64,000 bases of DNA from Azolla caroliniana (Eukaryota; Plantae; Polypodiophyta): assembly GCA_043228905.1 (NCBI GenBank), contig JBHGNT010000005.1:5704001-5768000 (forward strand), in the 5' to 3' direction. Positions 38,591 through 53,373 of the stretch are shown here, piece after piece. Numbering within the stretch: the first letter of the stretch is position 1; each line of letters begins with the position of its first letter. The notes below the pieces were generated by a model that saw only the letters and a list, made by a program, of their open reading frames with translations, was not told the origin of the DNA and made no database searches. Made by a program: the position numbers and the translations under genes.

Positions 38591-40755
38591 TGACTCTTCG
38601 TTTTTTGAAAACGAAAGAAATAAGTCGACGGCAGTCACGTGAGCCGGACCACCGGCAGTTGTCATCCACCACCGGCTGCAGCCGGTCGGCCGGTGACACA
38701 TTGGATTTCCAAGAACAGCCGTATTAAGTGCTGGCGTTACCACCACCAGCTCTTCCTCCTCCACCCTCTTCTTCTTATACATACATACATATACACTGAT
38801 TTTCCAAAAAAGAAAAAAGAAGAAAGAAAAAACCAAAAAATTTTAAAAAATAAAAGTTCAGAATCGGAAAAAACATAATCGTGCTCCCCCATTCTCTCTC
38901 TCTCTCCCTCTCTCTCTCGCTGCTGCAAACCCTAATTCTCTCTCTGCTGCCAAAACCCTAATTTCATCCCTGCTTCTCGGCCGCTTCGGTTTCCCCTCCT
39001 ATCTCGGATGCGCGCCGTCCTTGTAAGTCTTCTTTCCTCATTCCTTTCCTGCACAATTCAACCTACATTTCTTGCCCCCCCTTCTCCGACTAGGTATCAT
39101 CAGGCCTCTTCTGTTCTATTCGGCTTTCCGTAATGGAGAGCTAGGGAATTTTAGCTGTCTTGTAGAGGAAGCGTGGCCCTTTTACAACGAAACACAAGCC
39201 TTTGGAAGTTGAAAAATCGACGTCGTTCATGAAAGGATGAGACTGATGATTGAGCTCCCATTTCTTCTGTTTTCGTGGATTTAAGTATCAGACAGCTATG
39301 GTTTCTACTTTTGGCGTGCTCATGTAAACAACAAGCAACGCCAACTAAAAGATTAAGGGAATCAGAATGATAGATTTGTCTTCTTTTTCTTCTGTGCTTC
39401 TGGTTTGTTTGTTTAGAGTAATGGAAAGCGAAGGATTTTGATTCATAGCGAGAAATGTGATCCTCACGCAAAGAACATACCTTTATTTACAACACGAAAA
39501 GTGTAGTCTAATATGCTGGCCGAGAAGGCAAACTGCAATGTTTGCAGATTGTGGAGAGAGAGAGAGAGAGATTATCTAAAACGTGTATCTTGTATTTTAA
39601 GTCTTAGGAAGCTACGCTTTCTAGCTGTAATGTGATGATTACACAAAGAAGAAACTTGAGAATTTGCAATGTAGGTTGAAACCTATATGTTGGAGTAGGT
39701 ACAATATGTGGTGGAGACGGATGCACTAATTGGACGATCCAGTTTCTGTTTATTCTGTGCTTCTGTTTTTGCTACTGTGGGAATCGGCGAACTAAAGATC
39801 CTACCTACAGTGTGAAACATGTGATGCTTATGCAAAAGCCTCCAATTGACGAATGTTGAAACTTTCGCTGTTAGACTGATACAAAGTGTATGGACGACAT
39901 GGATGAGAGTGAGGACCAAGATCCATTGGTAGATAGTTTGGATTTGTTTGCATGCATCTATCATGTGAATGAGAATTGTTGTAGTGATGAGCATGATCTC
40001 CTGAGATGGCTATTTTTAGTCCTTGAGGGAATAAATTATTAACCTTCTCTTCCTTTCTAGGGATCTTATTTAGTATGTCTTGCTCGTGATTTGCTTCAGT
40101 TCTGAATACTTGTTTCTCGCGTCTGCTTTAAGTTCCGAAGAAGATGAATTGAAAACCTGCTAAAACTTTCTTCTCTCTTGAGCTTCACTGAACATGTCCT
40201 TTTCATTTTTCTCTGTCGTTAGAACGACGAGCTTCTCGCTCACCTTTCTTTGTTGCAACATCGAATTTGCTTTTGATTGTAGTTTTTGTAACGCGCACCT
40301 CGTGCATAATCCGTTTCTCCTTATCACTTCTGCTTTTGGCAACTTTGAGTTTTTCTTCGAATAAAAGCTCTAAGTTTTGTTAATCCATCTTGAGCTCTTT
40401 CCTTCTCCAAAGGTCATTGAAAGCTGCCAATATCTCTCAACTCTCATACATGCAACTTAATATAACTTGTTTTGTTCTTTCTTATGGTATGTAGCACAGT
40501 TCTTTAGTTCACCACTTCGCTATTGGTGCATTGAATTTTCTTTCATTTATGCAGTCTCTGCAGATTTAACTTGCTTTGAATATGGAGTATCGTTATTCTT
40601 TGAATCTACACTGTGATTTTTCACCTCATTCTGCTACGTTCTAACAGCTCTTATACATTTCAGGGATGCGATCATGGTGCTCTATATTTGGGATACGAAT
40701 TCTTACGTGGAATGGCTAGCATTGGTTCATTAATTGTGCTCAGGATACATTCACG

Positions 40756-43700
40756 ATGAAGCCATCTGGAGGACTGCTTGGTGATTCCAGAAGACAGGCT
40801 GCTTTTGGACAGTCATGTGGGGGTCCTTCTCCTCCAGTGGCACGGTACATCTATGGATTCATCTTTCTTCTAACCAACCTCTCTGCTTGGGTAGTCCGAG
40901 ATTACAGCCACCAAGCCTTAAATCAGTTCCATTGTAAGTTTTTCATTCACAATAGCTCTACGCTCCCTTTATTCTTCTCAGATCCGTGTTTCAATATGTC
41001 TTGTAGAATACTTTTTAGGGAGGAACCTCTGAGTTTTGCTTTTTTTTCCCAACTGTCTCTATGTTTTCTCTATTCCACCAATGCCTGTGGTTAACCCTGT
41101 CTGCTGCGACTGTCTTCTTTATGAGCAATTATATGGTCAATTCATCTCCTTTGTCTCAATTATATGTACAATTTGATCAATGATATGGTTAATCTGCCCC
41201 CCCTAGAGCTATATATGGTGATAGCATTTGGGGAAATAACAAAAAACATAGAGGGAATAACGAAAAAAAATCTGGTCTTCTACTTGTCAGTTGTTTGTAA
41301 TTGATTCATGAATATGCTATGCTTTCCGTCAGATTTGAAGGGCTGTCAAGGAGGCCATGATTGCCTAGGTTCTGAAGGAGTACTCCGTTTGAGCATGGGA
41401 TGTTTTGTATCCTTTTGCATTTGAACATTTCGAAGTTTCAGATATGAATATATCTAGCAGTTGATGTTCCTGAACAGAATATAGATATTCTTTTTCACAA
41501 TGTTTATTACAACTGTTCGTACGAAGAAAGTAAGCGATCCAAGGCATTCTTGGCATTCAGGCTGGTGGCCTGTCAAAACTTTAATGTGGCTTATTTTTAT
41601 GGTCACACCATTTTTGGTACCTCCTGCCTTCATCCATGTTTATGGTTAGTTGAATTTGCTTTGATGATCTATGAAGTTATAAAAACATTGGCAAAATATG
41701 TGACTTCTGATCCTTTTTCTTTAGGTGAAATTGCACGATTTGGTGCCGGGTGAGTGCATCTGAAGCCCTTCAGAGAAACATATTGTACTTTATCTTTCTC
41801 ACATATGTGTGGAAACGATCATTGTGTATAGTCACTATATTTTTGAATATTAACTGTAATATACTTATTTGATAATTATTTGTATGAGTGAAGAAAGGTA
41901 ACTACAAAAACCAAAAAATGATTGTTTAAACCTATTTTTTATGAGTAAAATTATTTGATTAATCAAGATGCCTTACTCTGTGTATATAAATATATAATTT
42001 TCATTAAATTAAGGCTTGGAAATATTCAAAACAATACTCACTGATGTTTATTTCTTGAGTAGTAATGAGAATGGAGAAGAGTACCTAAGAATCATGAAGC
42101 TGAAAAGTTCTATTTGTGATATAAGAAATTTATGCAACATCCTAAAGCCATAATGGAAATGAATTGGAATATGAGTAGTTGTGAATAATTTCCTTAGAAA
42201 GAAAATTTTAATATGATAGTGATAATGGAGTGGATTCACACAGCACATACATAAAACATGTACAAAATGTACTGAATAGGATTATAGTTTATGAGAAAAG
42301 GTAGGAAGAATGGTTGCGACAATCTGCTCATGTGGCTGTTAGATGGGGCCAAAACAGAGGTGGACTCAAAAGCTTCCCGAAGAACTCGAACCCTTCTTCC
42401 TCCTGTAGAAGGTTCACAGTGGCTGATGTCTCTAAAGCTTTTTAAAACATGGACTGAATATTCCTCATGCGACAAAAAAGTACCATGAATAATCAAAACT
42501 AGAATTTATATTTATGCATAATTGGGAGTTCTGAATTCCCCATAGTAAATACGTGGTTCAAAGTTGAAGCTAGAAAGGGCCATGCCTTGAGAGTAGAGAG
42601 TGAAATTAAAATAGAAAAGTGTCAGTTTCCTTTATAACTTCTTTGATTTCTTCCATTTCAAGCAATATGCCATTAACTCACCGAGAGGTTTCGTAATGAT
42701 TGACATTTGGCAGGGTTTTCCTTCTGATTCAGTTATTGAGTATCATCAATTTTATATATTGGTGGAATGAAGACTGGATTTCAGATAAGAAAGTTCGACG
42801 CTGGCAAGTTTCTGCCACTATTTCTGACTATTGGTAGCAAGTATTGCAGTATTCTATTTGTGATATGCACTGCTTAGCATGATGCAGATAATGTTGATAT
42901 CTTTTATTATCTGCAATGTTGTGCATGCGCTCTTCTTTTGTAGAATTCGTATATTTGTTTTTCAGAAAATAGCATCTCTTTCTTTTTATAATCCCTACGT
43001 TTTTAATCACGTATGGATTAAATGTCTGTCCGTGTAGAATGTTCTAACTTCTGAACTCATGATAGAAAATAGTTTCCACTGCAGTAACTGGCTTTGATTT
43101 TTCTGCAGTCGTATACCAATGGTCATTGTAACCATAGGATCTTATTCTGCTTCACTTAGTGGAATTGTCTTCATGTACATGTGGTTTGCTCCCAAGATCT
43201 CATGCAGATTAAATATAGTGCTGATTACAACAACTTTAGTCATGATCCAGCTGATGACTAGTATCTCAGTTCATTCCAAAGTACGCTTGTTTCTCCTAGT
43301 TGCCATCTAAGAGTTTCTTCAATTGAACATCTTTAATTTGTTAATATATTCCTCTCAATAAAAAATAGTTTATGACAGGTCAAAGCTGGTCTAATGACGT
43401 CTGGGTTAATGTCTATATATATTGTGTTCTTGTGCTGGTCTGCGATAACAAGGTATATCCTTGTGAATAATTTGGTTTATGCATTGTTCCCTCATTCTAC
43501 TCTGTTACATTTGTAATTAGTTTATATGACATGGTTATTTATAAAATTTTCTTTCATGTAAACTGTAATCATGTTGGCCTTAGAGCCTGTGGAAGTGTAT
43601 TGCATCAGTTTATTTTTGCAGGGAATTTTTTCTAATAGGCATTTTAGCGTAAAATGGTAGCAAACATATCGTTTAGAAGCAGAGGCAGTTAGTAACATTG

Positions 43701-44727
43701 AGAATTGTACTGTAACAGATTTTAATTGACGAGACTTAAAACTATTCATTCATTCCAATTTCGTGGTATAAGCTTATTCCTTAATTTGAATGCATTTGGA
43801 AAACTTTTTTTTTGCAGTGAGCCATTTTCAGCAGAATGCAATACACGGCCTCGGCAGAGTGGAAAAGGAGATTGGCTAACTATCATTGTAAATAATCGAT
43901 CATAATAAGTTTAATTAAGTTCCAAGATCCATTAGAAAAAAGAGAAAACTTTAACACATAATAGTAGAACAGGATTTAAATGATTGTTTATTCTAGTTTC
44001 TATTTAAGTTAAATTGTCAGTGGATTAAATGACCTATGTTACTTGTTACGTCTCTAAACATGATTGTGGAGTGTGAGCATACTTACCATGAAATTACTTT
44101 TCTTTTTTCAGTACTAGTAAGAGGTGACTAACTTTGATGTCATTTTTCAGAGCTTCACTATTGCAGTGCTGGCAATTGTTGTGGCAACGATGACGACAGG
44201 CACTGACTCAGAGTGTTGCACTGTACGTTTCTCATCACAGTTTTTTTTGCCCAATAGAAAATTGATGAAACTTGTTTACGGCAAATGTTTACGAATGAGT
44301 TTACTGTACACAGTTCAGAAAACAGGACAAGGTACGCACAGAGGAAGACATCCCATATGGATATGGTTTCTTCCACTTGGTATTTGCAATGGGTGCGATG
44401 TACTTTGCTATGCTGTTTGTTGGCTGGAATCTGCATCAAACAATGCACAAGTATATAGCAGCAAATTGCTCCTTCCACTAGTCCTATAGAGGGAATTTTA
44501 ACTCATGATGTGGATTAACTTTAAATACAGGATGAGTATAGATGTTGGTTCAGCTAGTGTTTGGGTAAAAATTGTCAGCCAATGGATAGCTGCAGCTATG
44601 TACAGTTAAGTTCTAAACTCTATACATGTGTTTCTTTAAAGATTATGGAACTTGATACTAACATAATGTTTTGCTGACAGCATGGACAATGATAGGTCCC
44701 TTCATTTTCAAAAATCGAGAGTTCTAG
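40756..44727 (+). CDS. Serine incorporator (Serinc/TDE/TMS) membrane protein, about 12 coding exons
   Basis: ARYIYGFIFL..AWVVRDY, EGVLRLSMG, WHSGWWPVK, GEIARFGAG, FLLIQL, YGYGFFHLVFAMGAMYFAMLFVGW, SVWVKIVSQW; stop TAG at 44725-44727. Probable 5'UTR exon near 38880-39022. Confidence 0.9.
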
Positions 44728-45052
44728 ACTTCTATTATGGATATATAAACTTGTTATACTCTCAAATTCTTTGAATGACACGATGCTGCTGGTGTCTATT
44801 ATTATGGTGTCATTCATCGTTGTACATTTTTTTTGCACCACCTTATTCAGAATCTTGGAACAAAATGCTTCATTGAAATCTTGATGAACTGTTGTCATTG
44901 TATTGTCACCTTCAACGTGGAGTTCTTTCAATGAACAATGTTAACTGCATGCATAGAGGAGTAGTAGTAGTAATAGAATGCTATCTTTCTCACCTTTCAT
45001 TCCTTAAGGATCAATACAAGGAGAGTGAGTTTTTGTAAACACCAGTTGGTTG

Positions 45053-45286
45053 TGCTAAGTTTTCTTTTCGTAATATTTGCGTCTATAATCTCTTGTTGAA
45101 TTATTTTTTATTATGTATGAGTATCATTGTTGTGTTAAGTATTCTTTTCCTGATATTTGGATCTATGATCTCTCCTTGAATTATTTTTTATTATGTATGA
45201 ATATCATTGTTGTGTTAAGTATTCTTTTCCTGATATTTGGATCTATGATCTCTCCTTGACTTATTTTTATTATGTATGAATATCAT
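45053..45286 (+). repeat. 80-bp tandem repeat, about 3 copies
   Basis: TTGA(A/C)TTATTTTT recurs at 45096, 45176 and 45256. Confidence 0.88.
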
Positions 45287-47933
45287 GAGAATCTTAGTTT
45301 ATTTATGATAAGTATTGATCAACAGCAGTAGACAGCAATCCATGTTAAAGATGAGTTTTGCAAACATCAATAGATTTGTTTGTAATTATATCCTTGATGT
45401 TTTAGAACCCAAGTGGTCTCAAAACAATGCAAACACAGAACATCAAAACAATTTCAAAATGGTCCTCTATAACTCGAAGCTATTTCATTTATTGTTATTT
45501 TTAGTTAAGTTGAAATAAGTTAATTTGATGTTGTCGTAGTTCATTGTAGTGAAATTCATTCATTTATTGATTCGAAGATGGAAGTTCATTCATCTAATTC
45601 TATACTAATTTCATGTCATATCTGACTTATCTTTAACACAATTTGGTTTTGTTGACACCAAACTTAATGTCCTTAAGTTTTTAAGAGTATGAAACAGTTG
45701 TATTAGGGTATTTGATGTTTGACACCATGCATGCATTAATGCTTTTTTAGAGAAAATTTAGGTTATGGATTTCATACGGGCATTAAGGATAGGTCAAAAT
45801 ATCAAGATTACCCCTTCGTTTTAGTTCGTATTATGTCATTGTACACCTAGTCTTTGCATTAAATTTTTTATGGTTGGCATTAAAATTGTGAGCTTTCTAA
45901 TGTGTGGTCTTTGTAAATGAAACAAGATACAATGTGCAATATTGATTCAAGCAAACTTTTAAAAAATAGAATTATTGAATGAGTAATATTCAGAGATGCT
46001 CGTTCTAGGTGGATTATGGTCATATTGTCAAGCTCAAGGTATGGGCTTTACAAAAGTCGCGTACATTGATGGACCAAATAAAACATAAACTTTAAAAAAG
46101 TCAATACTCTAATCTTCAACCCTACTCCTAAACCCAAATGTATATGCTAACCTTGGTTTGAACAATAAGCAATACGACAGTAGGACAAGAAGAGAAAGAA
46201 AGAGAATAAAATTATAAGTGGTTTGGTGGGTATGCATATTAACCAATAAAAGGCCATTGCTCAACATATGCACATAAGGGAGTTCAATGTTGCAACTTGC
46301 AAATAGTAAAATAAGGTAGGTAAATATGATCACACATTACTCGAGGGGTACTCCTTTAATTGGTTATAAAAGTTGCATATATAGACCATTAAAAGCATAG
46401 AAAGAGAGAAACCGGTGTAATTGTGCAATTTTCCATGTTACTATGTTTATTCAATTCATTGCCTAATGCTGGGTGCATAAATGTTGGTTTTCAAAGGTAT
46501 AGAATCTGGACACATTCAAGCCTTATTAGCTCCCCTCTAGTTGTTAAACCCTTGTGGGCATGTCACTAAATATTTCAAATGAGCCAGTGAGCCTTGTGGG
46601 TATGTGAGATTTGCATTGTTTGTGTAAAACATTGTGTGTCAGCAAAATTGTGAGATATGTACACTTTGGGTAATGCTAATATTTGTATGCTCAACATTAA
46701 CCTCTTGCAAATACCTTCTTAGCTCTAGTGGTTAGAAACCAATGTTCCTTCATCTTTTAATCCGCATGAACTATATCACCATTTTCCTCATCTCATTCTC
46801 ATTGTCACCCCCATCAATTATAAATTTCAAAATCATATACGTGATAATGTAATGGGTGATATGGCAACACCATTGGCATCACATTTCCAATAAACTCTTG
46901 TTCGTGAAAAAAGTTTGTGACCTCGGTGGCTACTCGATGAACAATGTACCATCATTTGGGATAAAACTTTACTCAAGTATATCTCTATACTATATATACG
47001 TGTTAGTATATTGTTTTTTGTTTGTACGATTGCTCAAGAGGGGGGTGGAATGTGGGATGGAATTAATGGTCATGGGATCGAAATCAGGAATGGAACCAGA
47101 ATCGGGATCGGGATCAGGATCAGGATCAGGACTGGTTGAGAGAGATAGAAAGGCAAATGGATGGAAAGGGTCACGATTGTTGGAGTGACCGATGTTGCCA
47201 GCATCTTGGCTTTCCATGTACTTTGCAAAGCGATCAACGTGCCTGCCTTTGGCTTTCCATGTTCTTTGGGGGTGACCGACCATGGGCTTCATGCTCTTTT
47301 GGGGGAGTGGTCGACCATGGGCTTCATGCTCTTTGGGAGTGATGGAGTGGGGGCTGTATGTATGTATGTATGTGAAGGAAAAAGAAGAGCAGGAACACAA
47401 GAAAAGGAAACAAAAAAACAGAAAAGAAAATGCTTTTAGTGTGTAGAGAGTGTGAGAGCGCGTGTGTAGTGTCTGTGAATTAATTACATGATATAATTAA
47501 TATATACAACAATAGACTGACTCACGTGAACAGAGACAGAGTAGAGTCTTTTTGGCAAGAAGAAGAAGAAGAAGAAGAAGGAAGAAGGAAAAAGAAAAAG
47601 CAAGACACAAGAAGAAGGAAGAAGAAGAAGAACAGGACTTTACTTCCTTCCATTCATTCCATTCATTCATTCATACCTCGTGCGTAACCCCGCCATAGCC
47701 TATAGACATCGCCATTCCCACCCATCACCAGTCATTCAGTAGCTCTGTTTCTCTCTCTCTCTCTCTCTGATTCTTCTCTTTCTCCTTCCCCCTGCTTCTA
47801 GTGTTTCCTGTTGTATGTACCCCTCTACTCCACACACACTATCACTACTCTCTGTTCTTCCCCTCCTTCTCTTCTCTTTTTTTTTAATCTCCCCTTCTTG
47901 TAATTTGACTGCTGTAGTGCTTTCTGCAGACCC

Positions 47934-48275
47934 ATGGCCAGGAAGAAGATCAGAGAGTATGACTCGAAGAGGATCCTCAAGGAACACCTGCAGAGGCTTG
48001 CCAACATTTCACTCGCCATCAAGTCCGCACAGGTACCCCACACACACACACACACACACACTCACCCATACCTATCTACCTACCTACATACATACATACA
48101 TACATGTGGTCATGAAACTGATCCCATTCCTTCCTTTTTCATCAACTAAGGTGACCCAATCCACAGACTTTGATGAGCTTGTGACCAGGGAGCCATGGCT
48201 CAACTCTACCAAGCTCGTCGTCAAACCAGACATGCTCTTTGGCAAGAGAGGGAAGAGCGGACTGGTATGTATCCT

Positions 48276-48322
<47 letters not shown>

Positions 48323-50769
48323 TCTTGTCTATTCTTTCTTGCTTTCTTCTAGTGGTATGTAGATCTGTATATCAACCTCCCTATTCTCTCCCCTGGCCTT
48401 TCCATTTCTGTCTAGGTTGCTCTCAATTTGGATCTTGCTGGAGTCAGGGCGTTTGTGAAAGAGCGCCTTGGAAAAGAGGTATGTAAGGCAGCACAAATCT
48501 AAACTAAAACTAAACCTTTGATCGTAAAAGATAAACCTTTAAAAAGATTTTCAGTTTTGACACAAAGCAGTCTTTACGTTCCGTGGACAGATTGCACTCT
48601 TAGCTTTGATTTTCTATGCACATACAACATAAAAATACATAACCTCAGTAAATATATGGATTTACATCAACCATGAATAGTTTTGTGTCATTGTGTGCTT
48701 CTATTCATAGCTATACTAATTGAATTCCACTAAACAAGATTCCCTAGGCGATTCTTGCATCCGTCTTTATTGGTAGCTTCTACTGAATGGATATATCTGG
48801 GTGATTTTCGACATCCAATTCAAATCTAGCAAATGAGTTCTTCCTTGACTTTGTGTAGGTTGAAATGGGTGGAGCCAAAGCCCCAATCACCACATTCATC
48901 GTGGAGCCTTTTGTGCCTCATGACGACGAGTACTATTTCTCAATTGTGTCGGAGCGCCTCGGTTCAACAGTTAGTTTCTCTGAATGTGGGGGAATTGAGA
49001 TTGAGGAGAACTGGGACAAGGTAAAGGAATTAGGTTCCACCTCATCTAATAAGTCCGATTTCCAAATCTGTATAATTTAATTGTGAAAATATGTACTCTG
49101 AGCAATGTGTTTTTTACTTTAAAAGCCAGCCAGTGAGTAATATGTACAAATGCTGCACAGGTGAAGCAGGTGTTTGTTCCAACTGCACAGCCATTGAGTG
49201 ATGAACTTGCTGCCCCTCTTATTGCCACTCTGTCATTGGAGGTAGGTCATCATTGTTCGTGATAATATTCCGTGTTCAGAAAGTCTCGATTCTTTGTGTG
49301 TTCAGATGTCATTTAATGGATCTTCATCTCCAGATCCGACCCAAAATTGAGGCTTTTATCAAGGGTGTATTCACTGTTTTTGAAGGTGATGCCATCTTTC
49401 TGCAATTTGCATTTTGAAGTGGTTCTCTTGTAGCAAAAAGTTTTAGCTATTTTTTGGCTGAAAATGCTTCTTATGGGCTAACAGATCTTGACTTCACTTT
49501 TTTGGAGATGAACCCTTTTACTCTTGTTGGGGGGGAGCCTTTTCCTCTTGACATGCGAGGGGAACTTGATGACACTGCTGCCTTCAAAAACTTCAAGAAG
49601 TAATGATTGTGTTTAGACAACTATATCCATTCTTGAAATGTTCAGTTATCAATTCTGCTAATGAACTCTAGGCTTGTGCTGAAAATGCTGTAGGTGGGGT
49701 GATGTGGAATTTCCACTGCCCTTCGGAAGGGTCATGAGTCCTTCAGAGAAGCTTGTCTATGCAATGGATGAGAAAGTATATTCCTGACCTACTCGTTCAA
49801 TTTGCTTCATTAGAGTGTCGTAAATGAAAGTTTTAGTGGCTGTGAAATTAATGTGTGTTCTCTTGCCTTACTCAGACTAGTGCATCCCTGAAGTTGGCAA
49901 TATTGAACCCGAATGCACGCATTTGGACGATGGTTGCAGGTGGAGGTGCAAGTGTCATCTATGCTGATACAGTAAGGAAACCTAACTATAGTGTCTTCTC
50001 ATAATGTTTCTATATATTTATTTAACACCACTAATATGAAAATGAATTGGAAATGCAGGTGGGAGACTTGGGTTATGCTGCTGACCTGGGTAACTATGCT
50101 GAATATAGTGGTGCCCCAAAGGAAGACGAAGTTCTCCACTATGCGAGAGTACTATTAGATGTAGGCTCCCTAAGCACAAAACCGTTTTGTATGTTATTGT
50201 TTATAAAAACCAAGCATCAGTCAAAAGATATATGTTTTTCTCTTGCAGTGTGCCACAGCCAATCCTGATGGCCGTCCAAGAGCCCTCATTGTTGGTGGAG
50301 GAATTGCTAATTTTACTGATGTGGCTGCTACTTTTGGTGGTATCATTAGAGCAATGCGCGAAAAGGTGACAGAAGTCATGAAAATTACTTGTAGCTGAAA
50401 ACACAGATATAATGTGCAGCAAAAAAAAAAAGGAAACTTATTCTCTTTATGGTTTGTTTCTTCATGCACAGCAAAACCAAATGAAGGAGAGTAAGTTGCG
50501 AGTGTATGTGCGGAGAGGTGGCCCGAATTGGGAACAAGGTCTTGCAAAGATGCGGTCATTGAGCAAAGAGATCAATGTGCCTATTGAGGCATGTGCATGT
50601 TTTTTCTTCTTCTTTGTTCAGCTGCGGTTTTATATATACGTATTAGGGTGATTCATGCTTTTAGTTTGCTTACTTTTGATTTTTATTGCTTTTTTAGGTG
50701 TATGGTCCAGAGGCTAGCATGACAGGGATCTGTAAACAAGCCATTGATTACATCGAAGTGTCTGCTTGA
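47934..50769 (+). CDS. ACLA: ATP-citrate lyase/synthase A (alpha) subunit, about 13 exons
   Basis: [102 protein letters not shown]; stop TGA at 50767-50769. Confidence 0.96.
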
Positions 50770-53373
50770 GTCGAATCTGCTGGTTGAGTTAAAGCTTCAC
50801 TTTAACAGCTTAACTTAGCTCCTAGATTTGGCATTTTTTAGGGAAGTCCAAACATTTAGTCTAAAAGAAGCCAAGCAAATGTAATAATGAGACTCTGCCA
50901 ATGATTGTAAATTCGGAGCTTGTATCGGTAATGATACATCTTAATGCATTGAACTTGTTTGTTGATGAAAATGATTTGTCTTTGTTAGAAAATATGATTA
51001 AGCCCTCCAATACTAACGTTCATTTCATACAAAAGAATTGAACATGCCCCTAGTTACAAGTGGATATTTGAGTAGAGACAATTTAATAAAATCACAACTA
51101 CCTGTCAGATAAAAGTTTAGCTCTGCAATCAGCATGAAAAGTCGAAACCTTGGTTGGTAAAAGGAAAAGTGACAATCATAAATAGAAACAAAGGGTTTCA
51201 ACAGCTCTTCTAGATGGAATAGGTTGGTCTACTTTTTTGATGTAGTAACTGGTTCATACTCCGGTTTCTAGTTACTTTTTGTTCTCTAAGCATTTGCTGT
51301 GACCATCTCCATGAATTCAATATTTGCAACATCTATCAAATTTTGTTTCACACCTACATCATGAAGTAATGTTAGGTTAGATGAGGTTTGAATGTAAAAG
51401 ATAGACAATTGATGCTTCCTAAATTTGTTGAAACCTCTGCATTAAGGACTAAAAACCATATCGAAACTAAGCTACATTGATGTTCTGACTTTCTTTATGC
51501 AACATATATTTACCTCTAGTTATTCCCATCTTTCATATCGGAATGCCTTTCAATGATATGTTAGCGTGACCTTGCCAAAGATAATGCCACCAAAAGATTT
51601 GGTTGAAAGGCATGTTGGTATCAATATGCTCAAATGAAATGAGCATGATGCATTATCCCCCATGAACGAAAGGAAAGAGTAAGGTCATCTAAATATATAA
51701 GTTGAAGCAAGATATGAAGAGGACATTGCTCTATCCCATCATGCTAATTGCAGGAAGATGGCTCATTATAAGGCCCTTTTTTACACTTGTTACGTGGAGG
51801 ATTTGTCATACAATCCTCTAACATTGATACATATATTTCCTACTCTATGATACGATAGGGTATAGCAAGAGCTCTTCACATGGGTTATGCACTATAGTGG
51901 AATGGATTTGCACCGTTACGAGGTTGAATGGGAGGAGTATTAGTTCACCATTGTATTGTTTCTATGACTTAAGTCTAATGCGTAATATAATGGAATATGA
52001 AGACCAGATACGCTTGTAACTACAAAGAATCCTCACGACATTCTTCATCGCCATCACCACTCCCTATGATGTTACAATTCAGAAGCAATTTGTCTTGTAC
52101 ATAGGCCATTACTCCATCTTGGACCAACCAATACTGGAGATTTATTAAAGTCTGAAGTTTTGGTTCATCTTATTTTGGGCTAACAAGAATGTCTTCAAGA
52201 GCAATGGAATGTCGACATGTAGATGCCTAGACATGCTTCAAGGAAACTAAAGTACCTTAGGAGGTTTTGCCTATATATTTACATTTGTGTGGTTTGTTGT
52301 TTGCCAAGATGAGATGTCTCATTTAGTCTCACGGGCCATCTTTGCTTTCTAGTATATAATGATCATTTTTCTTCCTCCTTTTTAAAACTATATATCCATT
52401 TGTTTCATGTGGTAAAGTTAAGCTAATATTTACTAACTATGCAATCGGGTTCAAATATCACTATTTGCATTACTTTACCAAATACCATTGTTGAATGTAG
52501 GGGTTGAAAACATGACCACACTTACCCATTGAGCTACATGTCTTTTACTCTCCCTCTCTCTCAAATAGATGTAGCTAACATGTCAACTAGACAAGGGTCA
52601 CAATTAAGTGCGAGCAGAATGCAACTTTTAATGCATAGTAAGGTGCATATACAAACCCACAATTTTATTAGTATGATTTTTTTTTAGAATTATGTGCCCC
52701 ACACTTTTTAAAAGTTACATACAAAGGTTTGTAACATAATTCTTCACATGAAAATCCAATGCACTAATGGTCCATGGATAGCGATCCCCAACTTCAACTT
52801 CCATTGGTAGTTTCTACATATTCCATTCATGTTTGGATATCATGTATGCTTGTATTGAAGAGGAGTTGAGTTGTCTTCTATATCTTGTCTTATTTAAGAT
52901 TGATACAATAGAAAGGACAAGAAAATTCAAGGTGTTAAGAGTTTTTGCGAGGGAAAGTGCTAAGTTGTCAACACCTTTAATTTATTACAAAAACTACTCT
53001 TTCAAAGTTGTCGACATCTTTAATTTATAACAAAATCTGCACTTTCAACAACTTCATAGATAATTGCACCTCAACAACAACTGTTTGTGTTTTTTCATGA
53101 TTTTGAAGCCAGGTTTTGTTTTTGGGGAAAGAATTTTTCTTACTCATGAGCGACGAATTTGAAGTGGAAGGCCATTGATGGCATTCAAGTCTTGTGTAAT
53201 ACTCGTTGATGTGAAGGTATTCAAGTCTTGTGTATGCTAAAAGATTATGAGGATATGGTTTCGAGGTTTCAGCAAGTAACGTAGTTGGTTTTCCACACAT
53301 GAAACACATTCCCAAAGAAGGTATTAAGGTCTTGTGCATGCTCATTTGACATCGATCAATTATAGGTGTACCA

